Origin: Octopus vulgaris
Lineage: Eukaryota
Length of the DNA stretch: 64,000 nt
NCBI GenBank assembly: GCA_951406725.2
Contig: OX597840.1
Coordinates: 1,488,001 to 1,552,000, forward strand
Direction: 5' to 3'
Shown: piece after piece, positions 1-14,076 of the stretch
Position numbering within the stretch: the first letter of the stretch is position 1
Layout: the number at the start of each line of letters is the position of its first letter
Program-made: the position numbers and the translations under genes
The notes under the pieces: model-generated
Seen by the model: only the letters and a program-made list of their open reading frames with translations
The model's database searches: none
What the model was told of the DNA's origin: nothing

Positions 1-14
1 CCAATGCAGGTAGT

Positions 15-250
15 ATGTCGATTATATCGACACCGATGTTTAACTCGTACTTATGTTATCGACCCCAAAAGGACGAAAGAGCCAAAGTCGGCTTTTGAAC
101 TAAGATTTTGAACTAAGAACGTAAAGACGGACGAAATGACGTGAAGCATTTTGCCCGACGTGCTAACGAGCAATGTCCACAACATAAAGACGAATGAAAG
201 GCCGCTAAGTATTCTGCCCGCTGTGTTAATGGTTTTGTCATTTCACTGTC
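15..250 (-). mobile_element. Degenerate tRNA-headed SINE, family 1
   Basis: Diverged match to the family-1 copies at 23605 and 32968 (ttatcgacccc..aaagtcg..tttgaact.agaacgta..gacgaaat..aagcattttgcccg.cgtgctaacg). Confidence 0.65.
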
Positions 251-399
251 TTAAATATAAACTGTCTTTGGCTGGGCTTGGGGTGAGCACGTGTTACGAA
301 AGACGCTGCGTTTGAGACTCTAACGATTCTTTCAATGACATTTTTAAAAATATTGATTTGAAATTTTCGGACAAGGGCAGCAGATATGTGAGGTGTATT

Positions 400-555
400 A
401 AATCGGTTATATTGATTCTATTGAGCCATCAATCACGAAAGCATGAATTAGGCAAAGTCGACCTTGACGGAATTTGAACTCAGAACGTAGACAGACGAAA
501 TGTCGCTAAGCATTTTGCTTGGTGTGGTAATGTTTCTCCGAACACATCGCTTTAA
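400..555 (-). mobile_element. Degenerate SINE, family 1
   Basis: ggcaaagtcgaccttgacggaatttgaactcagaacgta..gacgaaatgtcgctaagcatttt matches family 1. Confidence 0.65.
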
Positions 556-1619
556 TGCAAGATTCGCAGGATATTTTCGAGAATGTAATGAGCCGGAAAA
601 TTTACGATTCTGTCAATGAAATTTTTTAAGAAAAGCTGCAACGAATCTGCTTCACTTTAAATAAGCATTATATAAGCTCTATATAAGAACACGTTATATA
701 AGCTCTATATAAGAACAAAGAATTTGAAGAGCTTCTTGTAGCTGAGATAATTCTATGGCTGTTCTCACATGACTACGTCTCTTATGGTTGTTTATGGAAA
801 CATCCCTTTACATCGTCGAGTCCTCGAATACAGTATGTGGTTTCCCTAATTGGGTAAAAACAGCAGGAGTTATTTTGCATTCAATGGCAAACGTCAAAAG
901 CTAATGAATAGCCAAGTCATAGAAGAGTCGTGCTGAATATGGTTTCTAAGATTGCCTACTGAAGTAGCCCTCTACGCTGCCGTCAACCCGTCGAATAATG
1001 TCCTAGATTATTGCTTGATTCATACAAAACAGCAAATTATGTCTCCGTGAAATCAACATTATTAAATAATCACATTGTCAAAATCGTCAGTCTCGAACGG
1101 AATGCATTTCGCAATTCCTTCTCAGTTCATACCCAGACAAAGACCAGTTTGCCTTAAGGCGGCGAACTGACAGAACCATTACCATAGGGGCGGAATACAT
1201 AGCGGCATTTCCTACACCTTTTCCGTCCTAGACATTACTCGTAGGCAAGTCGGGCAAATTCAGTTAAAAATCAACTAAAGACAGCTGTGACTCTATAATT
1301 ATTTCGGGATAGATAAAATAAGTGCTTTAGCGTAAATGTTTCTGGCTTCCTCATAGTGTTCTATTGGTAAGAACATTGCGGTGGTTTGCCATTGCGTTCA
1401 TCCAAGTCAATGACCGTCGGCCAGGAAGGAGTTCATCAGACCTTCGATAAGTCTTATTTTTAGTACTACTGGAAGTCAAGACACCCTTCTCACAAGAGTA
1501 GCAAGCTACTCAAGTGTAGAGGGTCAGTTTAGTCACTGACCACTCGACCATGGAACACGTATTACTGGTTTATACGGTACCAATACCAAGCCATATCTGC
1601 CTGATATGAAATCTCCGAC

Positions 1620-1937
<318 letters not shown>

Positions 1938-2074
1938 GATATTTCAGTATCCTAGACCACTGGTTATAAATTGAAATTAATCAAATTGATATTCAATTTT
2001 TCACCCTTATTATTTAAATACCTATCTTCTAGCTCTGTCTGTCCTCGCAGTCTGTTTGCCACCCTTCCACTCCT

Positions 2075-2143
2075 CATATATATATATATACATGTATATG
2101 TATGGCTTTATATGTACATAAATATATATATATATATTATATA

Positions 2144-2233
<90 letters not shown>

Positions 2234-2587
2234 CATGCATTTATGTATGTATGTATAAATACACTTATAAAAACACACAGACTAGTCTCGTATTGTATGG
2301 AAACGTACATGAATATTGTAGAATAAAGATTAAGGTCACGCTGACCTAGAAACATGCATTCGTGACGATTATTACGCGAGAAACCTGATAAAGACCATGC
2401 AGTCTTATTATATTGTATTATAACAAGGTATAATATAAATTCAATTAGGACAGAGAGGTGCTAGTTGGCCATCTTAACGATTTCAATAGGAATTTATTAA
2501 TATATTTACCTTCCTGTATCTATCTGACTTCTCTGATATAGCTCTATTTATATATCTCTCTCACTTTCTCTTTCTCTTTCTCTCTCT

Positions 2588-2641
<54 letters not shown>

Positions 2642-2738
2642 CGCTGTTCTCCATTTGCGACTGCATGTATATCATATATGTGTACATATACACATGTATA
2701 CATACACACACACATATATACATATATACATACATATA

Positions 2739-2797
<59 letters not shown>

Positions 2798-3007
2798 TTA
2801 CATATATGCATATATATATACATATACGATATACACATATATATATATATATATATGTATGCGTGTATGAATATATCCATCTATATGTCTATCTATCTAT
2901 CTATCTGACTATGTATCTATTTGTTCTATTCTCCCTCTCGTTCTTCCTCCATCTCTCTTCGACTCGCTATACATATGTAAATATAAATATATGTATTTAA
3001 GATATAC

Positions 3008-3059
<52 letters not shown>

Positions 3060-3515
3060 GTATATATATATATGTATGTATATATATATATATGCATATA
3101 TAAATGTATATATGTATATATATGTATATACATATATATATATATGTATGTATTTAGATAGATAGGCAGATGGATAGATAGATTGATAGATAGATATGCT
3201 TATGTATACACAATAATATAAATACACACTCACACACAAACACACATATATTTATACTTTTATACACATATAGAGAGGGACTGTGAGCGATTTATAAATG
3301 AATACATCCATCCATCCATACATACATACATATATACTTACATACATACATACAAACATGCATACATACATACATACATACATACATACATACATACATA
3401 CATACATACATACATACATACATACATACATACATACATACATACATACATACATACACACATACATACATACAGGCATACATACATACATACATACATA
3501 CATACATACATACAT
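2075..3515. repeat. Compound (TA)n/(TACA)n microsatellite field
   Basis: Direct runs with short unique interruptions. Confidence 0.9.
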
Positions 3516-3549
3516 AAATAGAGAGGGTGACACACTGATAGACGGATAA

Positions 3550-3988
3550 ATCTGAGAGAACGCATTCTATGCCCTATCCACAAAGGTGAAAGCAGAGCAG
3601 AGGTAAAAAATTTCTGGCCGATCTCTCTGACTTCGCTTATCAGTAAAGTCAAAGAGAGAATCATCAGAAAGAATTTGATGATATTCCTAGAAGAGAATAA
3701 CCTACTGAAAAATACACAGCATGGCTTTCTTCCAGGTGGAAGCTGCGTTACACAACTCCTACAATATTACGACTAGGTTTTGAAACAGCTGTTAGGCCAT
3801 TCCGATGTCAACGTGAAATATCTTGAATTCGCAAAGGCATTTGGTAAGTTAGATCACGGCATGATGTGTCAGAAGCTGCGAGAATTTGGCATTTCCGGTA
3901 AACCGGAAGAGTGGCTGCATAACTACCTTAAAAAACAGAAGTAAAGCGGTTGTAACCAATGGTACCCTTTCTGAGGAATCCCAAATAC
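3550..3988 (+). pseudogene. Decayed non-LTR (CR1/L2-type) reverse transcriptase fragment
   Basis: Frame from 3564 reads CPIHKGESRAEVKNFWPISLTSLISKVKE..QHGFLPGGSCVTQLL..YLEFAKAFGKLDHG..EWLHNYL, then after a frameshift RSKAVVTNG. These are N-terminal LINE RT motifs. In-frame TAG at 3774-3776. Confidence 0.88.
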
Positions 3989-4960
3989 CTGTTTGGATGG
4001 ATTTGAGGGAGTATGCAGGTTTTATCGTGGCCACAGAGGCTGCTGCATGTATTATATCATTTAGTCTAGCCATATTGACATTTGTCTCTGTGGCTATTAT
4101 TTCTGTGACGGTCAGGTTCATGCTATTTATTATTGATGTTGTTTTATTATCAATTTCAATTTTGGGGAGACACCATCGGTGGTCCCTACTGAGATATGTG
4201 CCTTTCAGTTCTTTGATTATGCTATTTTTTAGAGTATTATAATCATTAATTTGATCTTCACTGTTTCCAGGATTTCGATTTGTTTCGTATTCCCTCCCGT
4301 TCATATATCTGTTTGTGGTGTTCTGGTTTCGTGCATTTTTGATATCATTATACATCCCTACAGTCTGGGTTTCTTCGTTTACTTGGTGTTTGTTGGACAT
4401 ATTACGTCTGTCTTCGTATTTTACAGTCCCAGTAAAATACTTATGATAATATCTGGCATTGCTGTGTGGTTGCTATTTCCTGATGTATTTTTTCCTTTTA
4501 AGTGTTCTATTTTGTGTTGAGAATATATCCCCGTATGTTAGCTATTTTATTAGGGTTCATTGTTGTATCTAAATCTTGATCTAGGTTATTTTTCTTCCAG
4601 ATTTTATGTATATGTTGTTTTGTTTCCGTTCTTTCGGTAGAGCACTGCTGCAAAATAGGCATATAGGATTGAAGTACATTCCTCGGATGTCCATTTATGC
4701 GTCTTTAATATTACTTGCGGTTCATGAGGGATAACATCTGCCCCTGAATTTTGAAGGTAATCATTTTCGTAGGATACCAATCCGTTTATTTCCGGTGTTA
4801 AATGGTTTTGCGAGTGTAGTTTTTCGTACTTTTTGTCTAACAAGTTTAAAGTACGTACCTCCCGAATGTTATCCTTGGGTATAATACGGGTATTATTTAA
4901 TTTATTTTTCATTTTTCTGTGATATTTGGTTGTGGACGGAGATGGTCTAATGTTGATTGG
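3989..4960 (-). mobile_element. 5' ORF region of an R4/Dong-like non-LTR retrotransposon, decayed
   Basis: ORFs 4604..4912 and 3849..4400 plus linker give HKWTSEECTSILYAYFAA..TYT*IWKKNN..NPNKIANIR and RWCLPKIEI..LNDIIHAAA. I recognise these as resembling the pre-RT N-terminal region of R4/Dong-type elements. Interrupted by stops. Confidence 0.55.
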
Positions 4961-5839
4961 ATTGCAATGTGATGAGCGAGTTTACAGGTGTTGTGCGAGT
5001 ATCAGAGATGACACAAAGTTAAAACTCCATTTCATTTGGAAAATAGAAAGAGATTTTAGTATTTCATACACAGATATAATTCTAACGATTATGTGAGGTG
5101 GACACTTTACCTTCGTCACGTATATTATCAATCTTACCTGAGGGCAAAGTTAATGATTCTGTTTTAACATGCGTCTGGAAGAGCATGCTGACTATTGACG
5201 ACTTGAAAGGAAGCAGAAATGCATATTAAGCAATGCAATCACTGTGATTCTTCGATTTTCAACTGATGCTATCCATCACTCCGTTCTGTCAGACAACCAT
5301 CAATCCATATACCCTTTTATTCATTACTCACCCATGTATTCAACCATGCATCTAGCCAAACAGCCATTCTTGAAGTCAACCATCACCACGTTTCTTCAAA
5401 TACCGACGCACATCTCCATCAATCCATCCATCCAGTTATCAATCCCAAACCAAACCAGCCATATATCCACCACCCTTCAGTCTATCCTTAGACATCAAGG
5501 AATCCATTATGCCACACAGGCAACATGCCGTTGCCCATCTTTACATACGGAGGCTATGGTGATGGTGATGGTGATTGTGGTGGTATCACTGACAGTTGTT
5601 GTTGAGGTGGTGAGACTGATCATGGTGGTGGCAATGATAGTCAAGGTAACGATTATACAATAATCGGTGGTGGTGGCGGTGACAAAGGTGAAGGTGGTGA
5701 TAATGGTGATTGTGAGGATGGTCGAGCAATGATCTTCGTGGTAATAATGCAGTTCATAAGGATGGTGACGATGTTGTGCTTGTTGTTGCCACCAGTAATG
5801 TTTATTTCAATTCGTGTTAGGTTGTGTTAATAAATAATA

Positions 5840-6290
<451 letters not shown>

Positions 6291-6542
6291 TATCATTATC
6301 ATTATCACACGCATCATCATCATTAACTTGTAAAAAAATAATTTCTTTAATTCTGAAATTCTTTATTCGCTAATTCTCCAAGCCGTAATTCTTATTTTTA
6401 TATATTTTAATTATTCAAATCCATAATTTTTTTGATTTTCCTTAATATTTCATTTCTATAATAATTTCATTCCGAGGAATTCATTAACTCCATATATGTC
6501 TATGAATGTGTGTGTATGTGCATATGTAAATAGATATATATG

Positions 6543-6599
<57 letters not shown>

Positions 6600-6679
6600 G
6601 TGTATATACGTATATATGTATAAACATGTATACTTATATAAATACACATGAATTTATTTGTTTAAATATGTGTATATAA

Positions 6680-6745
<66 letters not shown>

Positions 6746-7224
6746 GGAGAGAGAGAGTGAGAGAGAGAAATAGATAGATAGATAGAACGTTTCATACATA
6801 TGTATGCATATGTATATATGCATACATACATGTAGTAGTACATACATCCATACGTATATATATATATACATATATAAATCCATATATACACACATACGCA
6901 TACTGCAATATCCTGGCATATCCGGATTTATCAATGCCGGAATATTATCATGATACCAAAAATTCATTACATTTTTTGTTATTTAACAAAGAAAACACGA
7001 TGTGAAAGTAGAAAGGCAATTTAGGATATCACTTCTACAGATACTTAGCAAATTTCTGCTGACTGCCAAATTTATTAGATTGTAAATATATATTGTCGTC
7101 AGATTAATTCATTCATTTTCTTTTCCTGTTCGTTTAAAAGTGTGATTTCACGTTGGTGGGCCTTGCTAGGGTTATTACACCTATGACGACACAACATGTA
7201 CGCGCATTATTATTATTATTATTA

Positions 7225-7720
7225 TTGAGTGAGAGAGCAGAGCATGCCATCGAAGTGACACTGGGGTAAAATATACGAAGCCCAGTATACCCATCATGAC
7301 TACCTGTCTGATAAGGGTACACCAGGCACATGCATCACAACCATATGTGTGCGACATGGTGATCTCATATCAAGATAAACAGCACATGACCTTGCAGGTG
7401 GAGCCCAGATATTATTATTATTGTAATCAAAGTGACATGCCCAGTATACCCAGCAAGACTACCCGTCTGATAAGGGTACACCAGGAACATGCATCACAAC
7501 CATATGTACGCGACATGGTGATCTCATATCAAGGTAAACGGCGCATGACCTTGCAGGTGGGGGCCAGTTAGAATTTTCTTCTGGTCGAGTAGCTCACCCC
7601 GCTCAAAAGGTCCCTGAATAAGGGTTGTTTAAGGATATTGAACCCATGTTTCCAAAGACGATCTATCCAAACCTGTAAGAATTCCTTTCAACACACGGCT
7701 ATGATGCTGCCCCACTACTT
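7225..7720. mobile_element. Interspersed non-coding repeat, copy 1, flanked by (TTA)n and with an internal ~130-bp duplication
   Basis: Highly similar to 10922-11380; 7281-7408 is repeated at 7441-7568. Confidence 0.8.
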
Positions 7721-7793
7721 TTGATCGTTATTGGTATTATTATTATTATTATTATTATTATCATTATTATTATTATCATTATTATTATTATTG

Positions 7794-7953
7794 AGGCGAG
7801 ACCTCACAGAATCGTTAGCACGCCGGACAAAATGCTTAGCGGCATTTTGTGCCAACTTACAATTTCAGTTCAAATGTTGCGGGATTTGATTTTGCTTTCA
7901 TCTTTTCAGGGTCGATAAATTAAGTACCGGTAAAATTCTGGGGTCGATATAAT
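7794..7953 (+). mobile_element. Degenerate SINE, family 1
   Basis: cagaatcgttagcacgccggacaaaatgcttagcgg..gggtcgataaattaagtacc. Confidence 0.75.
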
Positions 7954-8059
7954 ATACTATTCTCCTCTCACAAAACATCAGGCCTTCTGCTTATAACAGA
8001 AAATAGTAAATAGTGTGTAAAGTTCAAAGGCAATCCACCAGTGAGAAGTGTCGGAAGAT

Positions 8060-8560
8060 TTAAAGGGGAAAAAGTGCGTACAATCAATTTTTCCAGTTTT
8101 TCGCGCTTTTTTGTCGGGCAGGGATAATTTTCGGCATAAAACAGATACTTGATAGAACTGCCGTTACATGATGGTATTTTAGCCGTAAAAACCAAAGAAA
8201 TCGGACTTTCCAGTAGAAAGGTTTTGTACCGTGTAACCCTCCAAAAATGCAAAAAATCGATTTTTTTCGAAGGTTTTGTCTGAAATGTTGCACGAAAATT
8301 ATAAAAATCGGACATTACTGTAAAACCTTTTTCCACGTGCAACTTGCCTTTTTTTTTGCAATAATTGATGCGGTTACTTTAGTTTTATCGATTTTTCTCC
8401 TAGAATATCGTATCTCTAGGCATCGTTTATAGGGCAGTGACCTGCTTGGGTAAATTTGCCATTTAATAAAAAAAATGTCATCGAAATCAGATGAAAAATG
8501 TGGAAACGCATGAAAGGCACACACATACATACACACACATTTTGAGTTTTATAGATATAG
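8060..8560 (-). mobile_element. Probable 5' part of a non-autonomous Helitron
   Basis: Minus strand begins TCTATAAAACTCAAAA, then a (TGTA/TG)n tract and ctgatttcgatgac, like the 5' ends of the Helitrons at 14077 and 46164. No 3' hairpin/CTAG seen. Confidence 0.45.
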
Positions 8561-8728
8561 TTATATATATGTGTGTGCGTACGTGTGTGTGTATGTATTT
8601 ATTTATATACCAGCGTATATACATAAATAAATGAATATATATATATATATGTATATGTATTTATAAACAAATGAATAAATATATATATATATGTATATGT
8701 TTTTATATATATGTGTGCATATACATGT

Positions 8729-8773
<45 letters not shown>

Positions 8774-8959
8774 GTATGCATATACATGTGGGTATATATA
8801 TTCATGTGTATATATTATTTACATACGTATGCATATATATACATATACATACACACACAGACACACCGGCACTCTATTTCTCTCTTTCACTCTCTCTCTC
8901 TCTCTCTCTCCACACACACATACACACATCCATACATCCATCCATCCTTCCATCCAGAA

Positions 8960-9042
<83 letters not shown>

Positions 9043-9095
9043 ATCTATCTATATGTGAGAATGCATTTATGTACAAATATAAGTATGTATGTATG

Positions 9096-9157
<62 letters not shown>

Positions 9158-9535
9158 CATAAGTATATATATACATAATATATTTATAGTCCTGTATTTG
9201 CATTTTTATGTATGTATATATAAATATATATTAATATACGAAAAAAATCATATACAAATAAATAAATACACACATATATGCATGATGAGGTTAATATACC
9301 CATTGCTGCATGTATAAAGCTTTGTATAAGTGTTTATCACGCATGAAATATATTTATATGGAACAAACAATTAGAGAATAAATTATTCTTTATAACAAGA
9401 TAGAAATGCAAACAACCAGGACCAAAGTCATTTTACCCAGCTAAAATCACACGTATATATATGTGTGTGGTTTTGTGTGTCTTTAAGTGTGTGCATATGT
9501 GTGTAGCAGGTTGGTTGCGCTTCTGTATATCTTCT

Positions 9536-9567
<32 letters not shown>

Positions 9568-9843
9568 GCGTGCACGCGTGACAGAGAGCGGGAGCGGTGT
9601 TTACGTGTTTTGTTACACGTGTGTGTGAGTTTCCTGAATAAACGCAAGGGGGTGTGAAACCTTGTTTAATAACGGAATGAATCGTCAACATCTCTGTTGT
9701 AAGAGGAAATTCACTTTATTTCATTAAGGAATCTATCCATCCAACCATCCATCCATCCATACTTCCAACTAGAAATCTATCTATCTATCATTTATCTGTG
9801 TGAGTATGTATGTTTGAAAGAATGTATGTATACACACACACAT

Positions 9844-9898
<55 letters not shown>

Positions 9899-9915
9899 TA
9901 TACATATATATATAC

Positions 9916-9956
<41 letters not shown>

Positions 9957-9970
9957 CATATATATATAAG

Positions 9971-10010
<40 letters not shown>

Positions 10011-10150
10011 TATAGATATATAAACACACACACACACATATATATACATATATACATATATATGCATATGTACATATATATATATTTACATATATATTCA
10101 CCTGCTTGTCTATATTAATATATAGACACATGTGTATATAAGGTGTGTGA
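8560..10150. repeat. Compound (TA)n/(TATC)n/(CA)n microsatellite field
   Basis: Direct runs at 8560-9230 and 9820-10150, with unique sequence between. Confidence 0.8.
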
Positions 10151-10630
10151 GTGTTTGTCATTTTATATAATGTGATGTAGGTTTGTATCTCAGAAATGAA
10201 ATATTTATACGCTTCTCATGGTCGACATTGATCCCTATAGCCGTTTCAGCACTAATTGCATCCACTGTCGCCTCATTGACCAGAAATGAAATCACCATTT
10301 TCTCAGAAATTGTTATTTCAATAATTCTAGATATTCACTTACACTTCCTTCAATTCTACAGATAACTTTTCAGAAATCAGTGATTTTATCACTAACCGAG
10401 CTGTCCACAATTGTGTTCCACAGATTTTCCAACTGGATCCGATGCAAAACTGCAGCGACTTATCTTCTGTCACCTGTTTTCGATTTCTCCGAAATACGTG
10501 CGTCTGACGAACCGATACCGTTTGCAATTCGTAGCAACAGTATTATTTATCCTTCTCTTTCCTGATGTCCCCACCTGTTGTCGATATTGCTCTTTACCGA
10601 ATCAAATACCCCAGCCGTACTTTCTTTCTT

Positions 10631-10844
10631 TAATTTGTTTCAGTCATTTGACTGCGGCCATGCTGGAGCACCGCCTTTAGTCGAGAAAATCGACTCCAGG
10701 ACTTATTCTTTATAAGCCAAGTACTTATTCTATCGGTCTCTTTTGCCGAACCGCTAGGTAATGGGGATGTAAACACCCCAGCACCAGTTTTAAAGCGATG
10801 TTGGGGGACAAACACAGAGCCATAAACATATATACACACACACG

Positions 10845-10878
<34 letters not shown>

Positions 10879-10921
10879 CAACAGGCTTCTTTCAGTTTCC
10901 ATCTACCAAATCCACTCACAA
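10631..10921 (-). mobile_element. SINE family 2, head missing
   Basis: tttcagtcatttgactgcggccatgctggagcaccgcc..gccgaaccgcta..ctaccaaatccactcacaa matches the copies at 22717 and 48930. Confidence 0.85.
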
Positions 10922-11380
10922 GACTGGGAGTGGTATACGAAGTCCAGTATACCCACCATGACTACCTGTCTGATAAGGGTACACCAGGCACATGCATCGC
11001 AAACATGTATGCGCGACATGGTGATCTCATATCAAGATAAACAGTGCATGACCTTGCAAGTGTGGCCCAGTTCGAATTTTCTTCTTGGCGAGTAGCCCAT
11101 TTCGCTCGAAAGGTCCCTGAATAAGGATTGTTTAAGGATGTTGAACGAACCACCCATGTTTCCAAATGTGAATTATCCAAACCTCCAAGAATTCCTTTCA
11201 ACACACGGATATGATGCTGCCCCACTACTTCTGCTCGTGATCAGAGATGCACATATCGTCAGCCACTAAGGGACATGCTCAACTGGTTAAGGTCAAACAA
11301 CTGACAAGCAAATCTGTGGTACTGAGCAGAATATTTGCTGTAGCCCATCTTTTATACCAAGACAAAACAATGAACATGAT
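10922..11380. mobile_element. Interspersed non-coding repeat, copy 2
   Basis: Similar to 7225-7720; followed by (TTA)n at 11381-11560. Confidence 0.8.
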
Positions 11381-11428
11381 ATTATTATTATTATTATTGT
11401 TGTTGTTGTTGTTGTTATTATTATTATC

Positions 11429-11461
<33 letters not shown>

Positions 11462-11498
11462 GTTATTATTATTATTGTTGTTATTATTATTATTATTG

Positions 11499-11549
<51 letters not shown>

Positions 11550-11819
11550 TATTGTTATTATTATGGTCACTGCCTGGAATCAAACGTGAAATCTTGGACT
11601 TAGTAGCCCGCGCTCTTAATCACTACGCCATACGCCATATATAAATAATGTAAATAATGTAAATAATGTAAATAATGTACATAATCCCTCATCTCTTAAA
11701 TATAAAAGTGTATCATACTTTTGTAGATGTCGCAATTGAATTTTGTGCCCGTTCCACTCGGTTTTTATTGCCATTTATGCAGGTTTCTCCATTTTTCTTC
11801 CTACAGTAATACTGCAGCG

Positions 11820-11887
11820 TATTTCACAGCTGTTTTTTTCTTGTTGTTTTTCCTGTTGTTTATGTTTTTTATTGTTATTGCTGCCTC

Positions 11888-11918
<31 letters not shown>

Positions 11919-12797
11919 GCACCTGCTGTTATTCTCGTTGTTTACTGTTTGGTTCCATTTGCCGACAGCGCTGCCAGCAGTACGGTTAATAGAGCTGTTC
12001 ATTCTGCTGCTGCTGGTGTGTTGTTTTTGCGGTCGGTTGTGGTGGCACAAATGCTGTTGTTATCAATGCTGCTGTTGCCGCTTCTGCTGCTGCTGTTCGT
12101 CCTAATACTGTTGTTGTTGTTGTTGGTTTCTGTGGCTGCTTCTCCTACTGCCACTCTTGCTAAAAATGATGCTGCTGTTGCTACTGCGGCTGTCTTATGG
12201 TTTCTTGCTGCTGTTGTTGTTTACGTTCTTGTTGTTGCTGCTGTTGCTCTTAGTGGTGGTGGAGAAGGAAAGAGAAGGTGGTGGTGGTTGTGGTGGTGGT
12301 TGTGGTGGTGGTGGTTGTGGTGGTGATGGTGGTGGTGGTGCTGGTGGTGGTGATTTTGGTGGTTGTGGTTGTGGTGGTGGTGGTTGTGCTGGTGGTGGTT
12401 GTGGTGGTGATGGTGGTTGTGGTGGTAGTGATGTTAGTGGTAGTGGTGGTGGTGATAAAGGTGGCGGTGGTAGCGGTGGTTGTGGTGCTGGAGGTGCTGG
12501 AGGTGCTGGTGGTGCTGGTGGTGGTGGTGGTGGTGATGGTGGTGGTTGTGCTGGTGGTGGTTGTGCTGGTTGTGGTTGTGGTGTTGATGGTGATGGTGGT
12601 GGTGGTGGTGGTGATGTTGGTGGTAGTGGTGGTGGTGGCGGTGGTTGTGGTGGTGGTGGTGTTGATGCTGATGGTGGTGGTGGTGCTGATGGTGGTGGCG
12701 GTGGTGTTGTTGGGAGTGGCGGCGATTGTGGTGATGGTTGTGGTGGTAATGGTCGTAGTAGTGGTAGTGGTGGTGGTGGTATTATTGGTGGTGTGTT
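11820..12797. repeat. Degenerate (GTT/GCT)n grading into (GGT)n
   Basis: Trinucleotide low-complexity tract; explains the poly-G/V/P/T ORFs. Confidence 0.9.
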
Positions 12798-13455
12798 GTA
12801 ATGCACTTGGAAGACATTTGGCTGGCTCGTCTTTTTGCACGCGCTTTTGCTGTGCGTACGTGTACGAGTGTGTGTATGAGTGCATGTGTGAGTATGTGTG
12901 TGATAGAGGGAGAGAAAGAGAAAGAGAGAGATAGAGAGAGACTTGGAGTTGCCAATAAGTTGTGCCTTAGGGGTTATGACTTCGGTTTCAACTGTAACAT
13001 CCCTCATTCACTTTGTCGCCCCACCCTATTTTCTGGCAATTTCCCGAATCTGTTACATTCGTCATTTATATTTGTGGAAACAGGCAGCAGTGCCAATACT
13101 ACTACTACTACTACAACTACTACTACTACTACTACTAACAACAACAAAACGAAAATAATGATAATGATAATGATTTTTGCATTAGCCACAGGGTCAAATA
13201 TGAGAGACACATCACAAGGACACTCTCCAAAGTGTCGGTCAGGGTTTGCATGAAAGGTGAGAAGTAAAAATGGAAATGATGTTGAAATGAGATACAATAT
13301 ACAGGGAGTACTACAAAGTTTGTGATATCATGGATGATGCAATTCGCATGGTTCCGGTTCAGTCCCACTGCGTGGCACATTGGGCATGTGTCTTGTATTA
13401 TATCACCGGGAAGACGAAGGCCATCTTTGGGTGTAGACGGAAATTAAAATAAGAC

Positions 13456-13491
<36 letters not shown>

Positions 13492-13496
<5 letters not shown>

Positions 13497-13781
13497 TAAT
13501 CCAAATATGAAAGCACAAAAAACACAACAACGCGAGGACGTGGAACAAATATAGTATTATTGGACGCTCAGGAAAGAAGGAGAGTTTAACGTTTCGAGCG
13601 GAGCTCTTCGTCGGAAACATAGGAGAAGGAAAGATCCAGAGAAGAGAAGACAGAGGAAAAAATCACACGCGGTCATATATATATATATATATATATATGT
13701 GACCGCGTGTGTACCGTTGGCGATTTTTTCCTCTGTCTTCTCTTCTCTGGATCTTTCCTTCTCCTATCTTTCCTTCTCCTA
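13492..13781. mobile_element. Hammerhead-bearing short element family A (minus, 13492-13675) plus an inverted partial copy (13699-13781) around a (TA)n spacer
   Basis: Matches copies at 36548, 47476, 47776 and 53551; the two arms are reverse complements across 13675-13698. Confidence 0.8.
13584..13618 (-). ncRNA. Minimal type I hammerhead ribozyme motif (U4C core variant)
   Basis: Minus strand reads GUUU-CCGACGA-A-GAGC-UCC-GCUC-GAAA-C-GUU-AAAC: stem I GUUU/AAAC, stem II GAGC/GCUC, palindromic ACGU stem III. Confidence 0.7.
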
Positions 13782-13784
13782 TAT

Positions 13785-13826
<42 letters not shown>

Positions 13827-14076
13827 GTATGCATGTACGTTTGTGTGTATATTTTTCTGTGTATGTATTTGTCTCCGATCACCGCCTTACCACCATTGTT
13901 CAAAGTTCCGCAAACGAAATAGAATAAATACAAATTTTTGGAAACAAATAAATCGTAAGGTCGATTCGTTCGAGTAACATTGCTCAATGCCGTGTCCCAG
14001 CATGGACGCAAATCTAATGACTCACACAAGTAAATGATAAAATATAGAGTACGGTTTTACGTTTCCTTTTTATTTA

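Noticed and set aside
668-717. Short direct duplication ttatataagctctatataagaaca
   Set aside because: Ordinary local slippage duplication.
10170-10620. Possible hAT-type transposase remnant on the minus strand (ISFLVNEAT..)
   Set aside because: One weak motif among many stops; cannot be supported without a profile search.
12157-13007. Gly-rich and Pro-rich ORFs resembling structural proteins or formin
   Set aside because: (GGT)n microsatellite open in several frames on both strands, with no flanking domain.
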